A DNA stretch of 61,516 nucleotides, filler included, from Choristocarpus tenellus KU-1152 (taxonomy: Eukaryota > Protista > Phaeophyceae), in the NCBI GenBank assembly GCA_964200185.2. It is 9 parts of 9 records of this genome, joined end to end, with 100 filler letters (N's around TTAATTAATTAA, not from the genome) between each part and the next. Parts side by side here need not be neighbours in the genome. Positions count along the whole stretch, not along the records: positions 46,800 to 55,442 come from CAXNAD020004496.1; positions 55,543 to 58,655 come from CAXNAD020022244.1; positions 58,756 to 61,516 come from CAXNAD020024973.1; 6 more parts are not named here. One strand, given 5' to 3'. The position numbers and the translations under genes were made by a program. Every line of letters starts with the position of its first letter. Within the stretch, counting starts at the first letter, position 1. Of this stretch, positions 50,301 through 61,516 are shown in pieces. Under the pieces are notes generated by a model. The model was not told the origin of the DNA and did no database searches. It worked only from the letters and a program-made list of their open reading frames with translations.

Positions 50301-53300
50301 TTTAGGTTGAAAAAGTGGTGAAGATGTACAAATCATATACTGAAATCATGTACTGAGTGCAACTCGATGTTGAGGGATGATGTGCAAATCCCAATTTGTT
50401 GATATATCCTTGTTGGTTTCCAGTACACATGGTTTGTGGATACCACTTGCCATTTTACCAACATGCATAAATGACTTGTCTCTTATGTACCGAGAGAATA
50501 TAATATGTGTATGGATGGTCTGTTCCTACCTCATCTATAAATACGAATCTTATGGTGTGATTTAAAAGGAGAGAACAACAGTGTACAAATTCTATGTTGT
50601 GATTCTAATGGGAAAGAACAACTGTGTACAAATGTTATCTCGTGATTTAGTAGGAAAGAACAATTGTGTACGAATTTTATCTTGTGATTTAGTAGGGAAG
50701 AACAATTGTGAACAAGTCTTATATAAATGATCATGTACAAACTTACGTTGTGATTGGGTGAGAAAGAAGAACAGTTCGCAAATCTTACAATGTTGAGATT
50801 TAATGGGAAGGAAAACTATTGTGTACAAATATTTGGTTACTATTGCTATCACAATTTCATACATTAGCGCTTTGTTCCCTTGTTCCATGGATGGTATGAA
50901 GAAATATCACCTCCCCTCCTAAACCAACACATGTTGGAAGACCTAGCAGGGTCCTGGGTAACATGACATCCGTAGTGTGTGGTGTCCGCGTCCCTTAATT
51001 TTGATGTAAGTTGAGAAGATGTATCCGTATGTTATTGCATTTTTTTTTTCGGTGGTCATTGGTCACATTTTGCGTATCAGTACTGCCTCTCGTGTGTTGA
51101 AAACCTGTACAAATACTTGTAGTAGCACTCACCTGTCCATGAAACGTGTACAAGTATTTGTAAGTACTACTCTCCTATCTCGGTGAAAGTGTGCAAACAG
51201 CTCTATGGCACAAGTACATTGATTTGAATATTTCCATAACGTTTTTGCCCTTGTCATCACAAACTGTACAAACCATAGTGTATTGATTTGCCAACGTTTC
51301 GTCTTGTTGTCAGAAGATTTGTCCCACACCACTCTCAGAAATGTGAATGAGTACAAACGATTTGGACCCTACTTCTACTACTGCTGCTGCTGCTACTACT
51401 ACTACTACTACTGCTGCTGCTACTACCACTACTTCAATTATTACTATTACTACTACATCTACTTCTACTGCTACTTCAATTATTATTACTACTACTACTT
51501 CAATTACTACTATTTCAATTATTACTATTACTACTACTACTACTACTACTTCAATTGCTACTATTTCAATTATTACTATTACTACTACTAATTTCAATTA
51601 TTACTATTACTACATCTACTTCTACTACTGCTTCAATTATTGCTACTACTACTATTTCAATTATTACTATTACTACTACTTCATTTACTACTACTACTAC
51701 TTCTACTATTTCAATTATTACTATTACTACCTCTACTACTACTACTTCAATTATTGCTACTATTACTACTACTACTATTTCAATTATTACTATTACTACT
51801 ACTTCAATTACTACTATTACTACTTCTATGCTGTTCGTATTTTATTTTAATTTTTTAATCATCACTGGAATCTCTTTTTGTCAGAGTTTTGTACCATTAT
51901 TTTTTATAGAATTCTTCACCCTGCTAGAGCCAGTCCTCTTTCAACTGTTGTCCTTTTTCTGAATTGAATCACCGACTATTTTTTTTGTTTGACAGTTTCA
52001 GTTCAAATCATAGTTGTAGCTACTCCAGAGTGATTTCATAGTGATTTTTAGAGTGAAGGTGTAATCTGTGTGATGCACTACATGTGTGATTTGTATTTTA
52101 CCAGGCCAATCACAAACAAAATGTTCCAACATACCTGGGCCACCATGGCTGAGTCCATGGCTGCCACTACTTCAACGCACCCATGCTGCAATCCGGGCCT
52201 GCACAACCAAATTCAAACATGGCCGAGTTCATGGCCATCAACTGTTTTGACGTGGCCAGGCTCTGATGACCAAGAGTGGACGTGATAACTGCCCGGCCTG
52301 GTGAATAATCCTGACAATTTTTTTTTATTAACTCTCTCGGAATCTAAGTGTATGCTAACCCTTGTGAATGAGTGAACACAAATCGCTGAGCTCCACTGAG
52401 GGTGTGTGTGTGTGCTCAGAGCTCGGCATTACAACAAGAAAAACAAAAACAAAAATATACCCCTCAGTTTTTTTTTATTTTAACCAAAATGTCAGTTTCA
52501 CCCAATTTGTGATGATAAAATAAACATCATTAGGGTTCGCCGTGCCATGTGGTAATGGTTCCATTTGTTATATTTTAATATCTTGTTAGTTCAGTGGTGG
52601 CGCACCATACCATGCCCGACCCACTAGACCCTAGACAAAAGCCTTGCTCGAATGCTTTTGTAGAGATGTGCTGCGGCGGTAGCGTATCTTGTTTTCTCGA
52701 ATCGTTGTGGTACGAAGAGCAGCAGGCATTTTTGATAGTTGTTTCGTGCACTGCAGTAAGTGACAATTTGTTGCTGAGTAAGTGACGATCTGTTGCTGAG
52801 TCAGTTGACCCAGTCTGTGCATTTGAAACGGAAACCTAGACAGTAGTACAGAGATTGCCACTGCATTGTGGTTTGGTACAATTGAGCCTCCTGAAGAGAT
52901 GGTTAAAAGGGGAATTGTTTGACTGGCTCTCGTGATGGCTGATACTGACATTGTAGGCTCTTGGTGGGGACGGGTGGCGATGCTAAATTGCGGGGTGTTT
53001 GTTTTTCCTGAGGTCTTTCATTTGCACTCAAGATGCGATTTGTAGGGCTGTTCTTTTTTTATTTTATTGTCGAAGGAAGAAAAAAAAAACTCTTGTGCTG
53101 AAACGATACGACGCGAAATTGTTCCTTTTTTTTTTTTTGGATCTAATTTTTCAAAAAGTTACCTGTTACCAGATCGTGACAAAAGGCAGCGCTGTTTTTT
53201 ACTGACCAAAAACAGGCCTCATAAACACCACCCATTCACCTCTTCTATAGGTGTTACCTTTCCTTCCACTGCCTGTCCCTAATCCCATGCCTTTTTGTAC

Positions 53301-55205
53301 CTTACCAAAACCCTACTCATGTTGCTCTCCCCTCCTCGCCACTTCTACAATTCTGATACCCTCTCTTCCTACCCCTCCCTAACCTCTCGCCTTTGGTCCC
53401 TACCCCCCCCCCAAAAAAATGAATAATAAGACAAAAAAAATCTAATAAGACAAAAAAAAATGATGAAACGCTGTAACGGGGAAAGAAAGAAAATTCAGAA
53501 GCGATAGAGTCAGCAGCAGAATGGTGTGATTAACTGCTTTGAAGGAACCGATATGGCGGTGTGAGGCATTGAGAATATCACACAATCAGTATATATTTGC
53601 ACATCGTGGGTATATCTTATAATGTCACCCTGAATGGCTTGTTTTATGGAAATCTTCGATTCATATTGGAATCATTGTGCTACTGTCTTCTTTTTCTTTT
53701 TTTTTCGGGTCATTTTCTCTCCTGCAGAGGGGATGGGGCTCAGCAGGTCAGAATTTAGGGTGCAGGCTATAAGTACGGATGATGAAAGTATAAGTTGAAT
53801 ATATATATATATATATAGTGATGTATAGTGATGTTGTCAGTTTGGCCTCATTTTCGTCCATTCTGCAGAACCTTCCATCCAACCCCGCCAACCAAAGTCC
53901 TCGGGGTTTCCAAATAGTAGCATCATACTTATGAACCAGCGCCTCCCAACTCATGGAAGCCTTCTTCCTACTGTTCGGACTGTCTCATTTGTTGAATATG
54001 CCTCCCCACTTTTGAAAGCCTTCTTCCTACTATGATAATAGTTGGACTGTCTCCTGTATCGAAAGAATGCCTCCTTACTCCTATTTTTAAACGCCTTTCC
54101 ATGTGCAGAAATCCTCCTGTTCTTTGTTGAAAACGCCTCCTTACTCCTATTTTGACCAGCGTCTCCTATTTTTTTGAGCAGTGTCTCCTATTTTGAAAAT
54201 ACCCTTCCATGTGCAGAAATCCTCCTATTTTGGACTACTACTGTCTCGTATGTTGAGAACGCCTCCCCACCTTTGGGAATCGTCCTCAATCTTCTTCCTT
54301 GTGTGGGACCCTCACTCTTTTCGTTTGTGAAGGTACCCACACTCCCACCATTGAGAGGCGTTTACCTTTCACCATCCGGAGCCACTGGCTTGATTGGTCT
54401 TGTGGAGAATCAGCACCTCAACATCTTTTACAGGGGCTGGGGGAGTAGCATGCAAGTGATTCAGGAGGTATGTGATGACTTGCCATGTGGGGGGGGGGGC
54501 AGGCAGAGATGTCATACCTACTATTAATAGAGCACCTAGTGGTTTGTTTCCCTTTTTTTTCTTCTCCATTTTTTTTCTTGAGTGACAGTTTCAGGAAGAT
54601 TTGAAAAAAAACGAAATTGTTTGTGCAGGGTTTGTATTTTATTTTTTGAACATTGTTAGTAATTGGACTCTAAATGATGGGTAGCCTCCCACCACTTACA
54701 GTAAAATCACCTGCTGTTGTTTTTTATAATTATGAATGTCATCATCTTCAGAGTCATTATCAAATTTTTTATTGTTGTTTTTGTTGGAGTAGATTACTTT
54801 GCCTCACCTAGCCCCCTCCCCCCCCCTACCCCACCATTACTTTTATCATATCTTGCTCTACCACCACCATGATAGGATGAGATCAGGGGAGCAATGATTC
54901 ATATCCTAAGTGGGGGCCAACTGGGGCCAGGAGTCTTAAAAGGAACCTCCAGAATGACTGATGAGGAATGGAGGCAAGACAATGACTGGGATGAGGGTAT
55001 ATCAGAAGGAGCTTCGTCGATGACTGTTCTTCGGGGGGGTCAGGGCAGGAATACCTCTGCTGAGTTATCTGCAGCAGTTGGGTCCCTGTGGGCAGCGATT
55101 GGACTAGGTGCTATCATAAGCGGGTGTACAATTGAGGATGCAAGGCGTTATGCTGCTAGGGCAAGGGAGGCGGTGAAGGGTTGCTATGATCAATTCACTG
55201 AGGAT
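47327..55205 (+). CDS. Zn2Cys6 (GAL4-type) zinc-cluster transcription factor of the brown-algal type; 3' partial
   Basis: Exons 47327-47412 and 47803-47886 give RKSCDLCYVRKRRCDGDGKNTCALCRKKGKECVYS (C-x2-C-x6-C-x7-C-x2-C-x6-C). Probable further exons are 48471-48591, 48734-48781, 49311-49354 and 49571-~49596. Exons 54333-54467 (SPSGATGLIGLVEN) and 54876-55205 (LWAAIGLGAIISGC...Y...AREA) resemble the middle domain of Ectocarpus zinc-cluster proteins as recalled from memory. Confidence 0.85.
50541..50834. repeat. imperfect ~42-bp minisatellite, about 6 units
   Basis: Unit approximately tgtgatttagtaggaaagaacaattgtgtacaaatttatct, arranged head to tail without spacers. Confidence 0.85.
51367..51828. 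repeat. compound (TAC/TAT) microsatellite with a higher-order ttcaattattactattactac unit
   Basis: Directly visible. Explains the poly-T, poly-Y and poly-L ORFs. Confidence 0.95.
53940..54280. repeat. imperfect tandem repeat with ~55-60 bp units
   Basis: Recurrent gcctcc...ttgaaa...ctgtctc...ttgaaaac modules. Confidence 0.65.
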
Positions 55206-55442
55206 GTGAGTGGTTAAGGGTTAGGGTTAAGGTTAGGTTTTGATTGGGTGTGCTATAAGAAGTATAGTACTGCTCTTTGAGGAAACGCAGACCCTTAACT
55301 CGGCCGTAGTGTGATGGTTTGTGTTCACAGCACTGGGGGCAGGGGGGACAGGGGGAGGGGAAAGGAGGGGGAGGGGGGGGGGGGGGGGGGGGGCTCGGGT
55401 TTGAGGGTTGGGGGGGGGGTGGGAGTATGATACAGCTGTCCT

Positions 55443-55542
55443 NNNNNNNNNNNNNNNNNNNNNNNNNNNNNNNNNNNNNNNNNNNNTTAATTAATTAANN
55501 NNNNNNNNNNNNNNNNNNNNNNNNNNNNNNNNNNNNNNNNNN
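55443..55542. other. artificial contig linker
   Basis: N44-TTAATTAATTAA-N44. Confidence 0.98.
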
Positions 55543-56969
55543 GCATGACTTCCACTTTATTCCCCTACCAGCAAAGTACTGTACTGCTGTATAGTAGCAT
55601 GACTTAGGAAGAAGGGCACGTTTCGCGACAATTTTTTCGCACGCACCACTCTCGCGTGAATATCTCTGGGATTTTGTGCCAAATCGCCCAAATACGAGAA
55701 TTCCGGTACAAAAGCTCTTTTTGGGACATGTCGAAAAAAAGCGGTACAAAATTAAATATTTTGAATTTGGTTCATAATATTTGGCCCAAAATAGGGTAAC
55801 CTACTGTACCTCCTTTGACATTTTCCAGATGTGTCAAGGGAAAAGCCATGAAAACCCAATTCGATATCTCAAGGACCCCTACAAAAAAGTAGCAGTTGTC
55901 GTAAATGTGAAACACATTTTTCTATCATTCTTTTTTTTATTTGATGCAAGTGGTAGCAGTAGCTTCGCGGTCTGTGGCAATCTTGAATGTTTTCACCAGT
56001 TTTCCACAACAGTCATAAAACACCGCATGTATCAAATGAACGGGTATGACAATAGCTTTTGAAGTTTTGTATCCACGAATGTCCAGGCATCGAGGAACAG
56101 GAACTATTTCCCAATCAAGTAATGGGAGAAACGCGGAGGAACATCTCCGGCGCAATTTTGAAGGTTAAGACTTCAAAACAGACAAAAATGAAGTGGTTGG
56201 CCGATCTTCTTGCAAAAAATTGGTGTGGGTCAGGTCGCTGCCGGATTTTGTCTGGTGTGGAAATACCGCAAAAAAATAAAGATTTCCAGACATCTTTTTA
56301 ACGTCTTATGTGGACTTTCTGTGAGCACACACACGCGTGACTTATACAGCAACATGAACCACGACGGTGAGACAAGGAGAGCCGCCGAGGTCACTCTGCC
56401 CCCTGGATCTACCCTCGGCACCTTCTCTGTTGAGAGGTGAAGGAAAAGCAAGTACCGTGTGACGCTCAGTGTGATGTTAGGTGACGAGAAAGTGCGTGTA
56501 CTGTGGAGCAGCACATAACCTAATCGTGAAATGGATCGCGGGGCTGCGACACTGACGCTGAGAGAAGATGCATTGAAAGCATTAGTATACAACGTGGTTG
56601 CATCTTCAACTGATGCGGATCACTGCTCTGCAGTCTCTGCTGCCTCAGTAAAGCAGGAAGAGAGCGGCGAGTCCATCACCAGGTAGTAGAGTGACGAAGT
56701 CTGTGGCGAAGCCTGGTCATGGCGGGTGAAGGAAATAGCGTGGCCGCCCGAAGGGAAGGTTGGGGAAGAGAGCAGTGCGACTACATGCCATTGCGCTCAG
56801 GAAATGCCTAAGCATCAATCCAGGTGTAGAATATCTTAGTAGGTCGACAGTTGCAGCAGGCCCTGCTTCAGGAAACGAGAAAGAAGGTGTTAGGGGTGGG
56901 CTACAAGGGCTCGGAATCCCGAAAGAATGTAACCCATTTCCGGCGCTCAACAAAGAAATGTGATATTGA

Positions 56970-57228
56970 AGGATCTAACACTGCGAACCCTGTACCTGTT
57001 TATGAATGATGGGAAAGATTGTCAAACAGCGCTCGAGATGGCAGCAGGATGTGTGATGGTCAGGTCGGAAACTGTGAGTAAATGAGAGACTTCCTAACTA
57101 AGGGCCTCATCAAGGTGTTGGAGCAAGGGTGCTATGGAAGGCGTTTCGTTCTGGGCCTCGACGAGGACATCCTTGCTGAGGTCAAAGAGTGGGTGCGCGA
57201 ACACACAGGAAGAAAGGGTAGGGAGACT
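56970..57228 (+). mobile_element. IS630/Tc1-like transposase N-terminal (HTH) remnant, frameshifted
   Basis: ALEMAAGCVMVRSETVSK / RDFLTKG...EQGCY...LDEDILAEVKEWVREHTGRKG resembles the N-terminus of the HCELNPIE-type eukaryotic transposases. Confidence 0.45.
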
Positions 57229-57925
57229 TTTTTCCTATCTAAACCCTATACTTTAATCAAGTAATAGTATATCTGTTCCCACTCTTGGTGACCTACAATC
57301 CAGGGTTCGAACCCTGTATGACCGCTCTTTCTTTAAAAAAAAGTGGCGAAAAAACGAAACCCGTACGCTGGAGGGCATTGTGAAGGGCATCACGAAAATG
57401 CTTTTATTTTTAAAATCCGATGGCTACATCAAAAGTTATGACGGGACAACCCCAGAGGGCGAAGCTACTGGTACCACTATATATCTATGTTACACCACTC
57501 CCCTCCTACGCCTCCAACCCAGCTTAACCCCATACCACAGGGTGAGGAGCTAGGGGAGCATCCCAAGAATCTGACAGGTTTCTCCTTTCCCATCTCCCTT
57601 GGTGTCTCCAGTGTACTAACGCATAACATATCTTGATAGAGCTACTTGTGTTGTGACAGAGACTATCTGTAGTAAATGGGATTTGACAGCTCCTTTCCTG
57701 CTATAGCCTCCTGCCCCTCTCCCCCCTACCGCGTGCGTAGCCAACTCATTTAGAAAACTTTCTGCTTCCTTACCGAGGCGCTCAAAACTTTCCACAGCGA
57801 AGATGTTGAGGTTAAAACTTTTCGAACTGCCTCATGCCACCTGCACGCGTACATGACGTGCGAGCGGACAAAGTATGCTATTCGTGCGTCTGGACATATA
57901 TATGGTTACCCTATATCGTTTATAT

Positions 57926-58182
57926 GAGTGAAAGTATCTTAGAAGGTACAGGTTTTTCCCTGTTTATCTATTTGGGGCTTGACTTCCCACCGGTTTTTAA
58001 TGACATTTTACCTACCTCAAAATGTTTCGGAGTGGGTGGATGTGTACATTATGAAAAGGTGTGTCCAGATAAGGATATTGACATCCCCCAGCAAACATGA
58101 TAGCCAAAATTACATTAAAATCGCAACATTGGACTTTGCCCCCCAAATGGACACGGCTCTACCCTCTAAGATACGTTCACTC
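57926..58182. mobile_element. MITE family B copy
   Basis: GAGTGAAAGTATCTTAGA ... TCTAAGATACGTTCACTC, with TSD ATAT on both sides. Confidence 0.85.
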
Positions 58183-58655
58183 ATATTACGTAGGTATAAA
58201 GGGTGACCTCATGTATATAACATCTATGATCAGAAGAACGCAATGTATACTACTTGGCAAATGCCTGAAAGAGGAAATAAGAGAAGAGAAAGAGAAATAA
58301 CCCATTGTATCTACAAGGGTGACAAAGTTAATCAAAGTAGATACATACCAGGTCCATAACTAGCCGAAAAACACCTCGTCATATGCCACACAAAGGAAAG
58401 ACAAGGGAAGGGAAAAGGAAGAAAACAAAAGAAAAATTAACCCAAAAAGAGAAACGCAGTAAGAAAACAACACTCAGCTGACAATGGTGGTGGTTGTGTT
58501 GATTGCTTGGGCTGGATTAGATGCTGCTTTGGCATCATGTTAGTCCGTAATCACAACTTCCTTCAAATACGGCATGAATAAAGCTTTTCATGTCACCAAA
58601 CACAGGGTAAAAAACGGACGCCGGCACCCCCCCCCCCCGATACCTTGTCCCACCC

Positions 58656-58755
58656 NNNNNNNNNNNNNNNNNNNNNNNNNNNNNNNNNNNNNNNNNNNNT
58701 TAATTAATTAANNNNNNNNNNNNNNNNNNNNNNNNNNNNNNNNNNNNNNNNNNNN
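58656..58755. other. artificial contig linker
   Basis: N44-TTAATTAATTAA-N44. Confidence 0.98.
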
Positions 58756-59289
58756 TAGGTCACATCCACCAAAAAAACTAACCCACCAAGTCGACAACGA
58801 AGAACGAACACATGTTTCATTCAATACATACATGAAAAGCTTGTACTTCGTACATATTTTTAGCTTTAATATGCAGTAATTGGTATGAGTACAAACAAGT
58901 TTTTTCTGTCTATCTTACCTTTGGTTCTTGTTTTTTAAAGCACCAGAGCTGTTTGCACCTGCCTAGTGTACAAATAAGTAGAGTGGTTATGCTCTGAATG
59001 AGGTACACGGATTAATTGTTCCGTAACATCTTTTACCAGTACAGGTTCTTGAACAGTTGCCCTCGAACAGCCGTTATTGTTATCTAGAACAACATCGCCC
59101 ACCGCAATCATTTGAGCAATTCTTATTTTATACTTACAAGTGCGTTATTATTATTTTATCTGCTCAGTTCCATCATCAGAAGTTGTGAAGGGGAGAAATT
59201 ATGAAGTATGGAAATAGATGAAAGAAGAAAAGGGAGTGAAAAGAAAGAACTTTTACGTCTACAGTGCTGGCAGTTGCCTCTAGGATCAG

Positions 59290-59600
59290 ATCAGTCTTGA
59301 TTTTTTTGAAAGGTTGCCCAACGAGTTGAACGATCATCAGCATATCGAATGAAACCTCTTCATCTAAGCTATCGATTTTCGGAAAGGAATTCTTTCGCAA
59401 AATTATTTTGGTAAGGTTAAAGTTTAACTGAATGTTTTCCCCAAACCTTGAAAATGTTTCGGAATGAATTATCACAACCAAGAATATTTTTCCAGAAGAA
59501 TTTCTTTACGTAAATCGATAGCTTAGATTAAGACCTCTCATTGGATATGCTGATCGTCGATTAACTCGTTGGGCAACCTTTTCAAAATATTAAGATTGGT
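59290..59600. repeat. long imperfect inverted repeat (~120-bp arms, ~65-bp loop), likely the core of a non-autonomous DNA transposon
   Basis: 59290-59412 is approximately the reverse complement of 59477-59600 (e.g. aaaggttgcccaacgagtt / aactcgttgggcaaccttt). Confidence 0.85.
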
Positions 59601-59673
59601 AACCGCTAAAACGTACGTGGGCGGGCCTCGGCTTAATACTGTTTAAGCCACTCACAGGACAGTTTGACGCACA

Positions 59674-59868
59674 ATGAGTCCGAGTTGTCACCTACCCCTC
59701 ACAGGACACTGTGAATTGAAGCCGATAGAGATGGTCTGGGGGCGGGCGGAAAACTATGCACGAGGCCACTATGATTACACGTTGCCTGGAATGAGAGTCA
59801 ATATTCCTGTCAGTCTCAAGGAGGAAGGGGGCCTGTCCAGAGTAATTATGGAGAGGTTCTTCAGGTGA
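59674..59868 (+). mobile_element. IS630/Tc1-mariner (DDE_3-type) transposase C-terminal fragment
   Basis: HCELKPIEMVWGRAENYARGHYDYTLPGMRVNIP...RFFR matches the HCELNPIExxWG motif that carries the catalytic Glu. Confidence 0.8.
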
Positions 59869-61448
59869 GTATTGCCTACCACATATATTCCAATATTCCA
59901 ACGAGAAAGGCATGGAGTGCACCAAATTGGACAGGGTGTACAAGACATTTAAGTCTCACAGGAGGCCTGCACCTGTAGAATACCTCGTTTGACTTGGCAT
60001 GGATTTTCTGGTTCAGAGTCCTGCGCCCCCATGAGTGAGCCTTAGTCAGCAGGTGACAACATCGCATAAACGGGAAATAATGGGAAGAGAATGGAGAGAC
60101 AACAACGCCCATGTTCTCCGCGTGAAGATGGTCTCTTCTGGCGTCAAAATCATCCTAAAATGCGCGGTTCGCGGGCGCCGCATGGCACCCCCGCGCTTAC
60201 CGCGCGCGTGAACTACTTGATTAAAGTATGGTCCTGTATTTTTGACGATTATTGCAAGTTGACCAACCAAAACCAACGAACAAGGTTAAGCATTCTGATG
60301 CGATACAGCAAACGAATTTTCATGAAAAAAATTATTGTTGATCAAAAGTTGTGGCAGGGCAAAAGTTGATGCAGGAGGCGACTGCCAACACTATATCTGC
60401 AACACTCCCTTCTATTCTCGATTATACAATAAAATACCTAAAGCATTTAGCTCTGTAGCATCTATCAATATATATATATATATATTGTTACCTATGACGC
60501 GTAGGACCACTTGCTCTGAAAAAATTGTTGTCCAGGACAACAATCAGCGCCATTTGATTGATCTTCAACGTTGTTTGTTCGACAGATCGTCGAACCCATT
60601 TGTTGTTGTTCAGTACTGTCTGGTTGTCTGTTCCCTCAGCAGAATGCTCAGGATCGTCCGGTATACATATTTATTTTTTTCGTACTTAACTCTGAAACAT
60701 TAACTAAGTTGTGTTACATGTGATTGGCACATTGTCATGTGGGATACATATATTGATAATTGTTTATATCATAGTGCCCAACTACCATGCATTTTGCAGG
60801 CACTAGGACACTTACAATAATTGGTTATATAAGGTAGACAAGAAATGAGGAGAGTATACCAAAAGCGAGTTTGTTGGAACCTGTTGAACTATCCCACTCT
60901 GGACCCGCAGCTTTTATGGTGCTTTAAAGAAGGACAAAGAACAGCTTGATGTAGATTAGTAAAGTTAATACTACAAGGTTGTGGTCTCGATTCCGCTGAC
61001 TGACTTCTGAGGTGAGACAGGCGTTGACTGCCATGAGAGGTTTGCAACGTCCACATGGAAAATAAGAAAATAATACTGCTATCAGAAAGAATACTATCAC
61101 TGGATCATACATACGTTGTGCAGACTTCAACTAAGATATACCGAAACATGTATGATCTGTCTCTACCTTTCCTCCATTACTCCATTACTCCACTGGTGGT
61201 GTTTATCTTTCCTATCTTCTCCACCGATGGTATTTATAGTGTATCAGCAGCACTATCTACGAACAGAACCTACCAGTAGTGTGGTGTCTTGCGAGCTCAA
61301 AATGCTTGACAGTCTTGGCCCGACCGTTTGTTCGTGCAATTTTTGACTACTAAGTAGCATGTTTCTTCTTGTTCCCCCCCATGACATCACCTGGAAGGCG
61401 CCACTAGTGGCCATTATTATATTGTGTATAGTTGTGTGTTAGGTATGG

Positions 61449-61516
61449 GTCAAAGTATCTTGGGGGGGGTGTCGGCGTCCGTTTTTCACCCTTTTTTCGA
61501 TTTTCACTTTTTTGGT
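61449..61516. mobile_element. end of a family A-related element
   Basis: gtcaaagtatcttggggggggtgtcggcgtccgtttttcac is the reverse complement of the ends at 33362-33402 and 58605-58647. Confidence 0.7.

Noticed and set aside
50541-50834. Possible CRISPR array with ~42-bp periodicity
   Set aside because: Units are contiguous and degenerate with no unique spacers, so this is a minisatellite.
51283-51962. Thr-rich mucin-like and Tyr-rich ORFs
   Set aside because: Microsatellite within an intron of the zinc-cluster gene, open in several frames only because of low complexity.
59176-59481. AT-rich 101-aa ORF as a second foreign insert
   Set aside because: It overlaps the foldback inverted repeat, has no protein motif and has no flanking direct repeats.

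Overview
Eukaryotic, intron-rich and repeat-rich nuclear DNA. The gene content (GT23 fucosyltransferase, Ectocarpus-type Zn2Cys6 transcription factor, Pmp-repeat surface protein, TTAGGG repeats) points to a brown alga or close PX-clade stramenopile; this is an inference. The window is not one locus. Nine contigs are joined by eight identical artificial 100-nt linkers (N44-TTAATTAATTAA-N44). Spliced genes reconstructed by hand: a CWF19L1-like 5' end; a GT23 alpha-1,6-fucosyltransferase; the 3' part of DNA primase large subunit; a CLN5-family protein whose catalytic Cys is replaced by Ser; a Pmp-repeat (GGAI/FxxN) gene with an array of 84-nt one-repeat exons, some decayed; and a Zn2Cys6 transcription factor with a second, degenerate cluster. 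Mobile DNA includes a CRE-type non-LTR RT, two decayed Ty3/gypsy elements, IS630/Tc1-like transposase remnants and two MITE families with 4-bp TSDs. The most unusual signal is in a CLN5 intron. A stop-free, AT-rich 228-bp fragment of a NodU/CmcH carbamoyltransferase gene of apparently foreign origin sits exactly between two perfect 15-bp direct repeats next to a hairpin, giving a repeat-spacer-repeat capture structure. All homology calls come from motif recognition, not from database searches.
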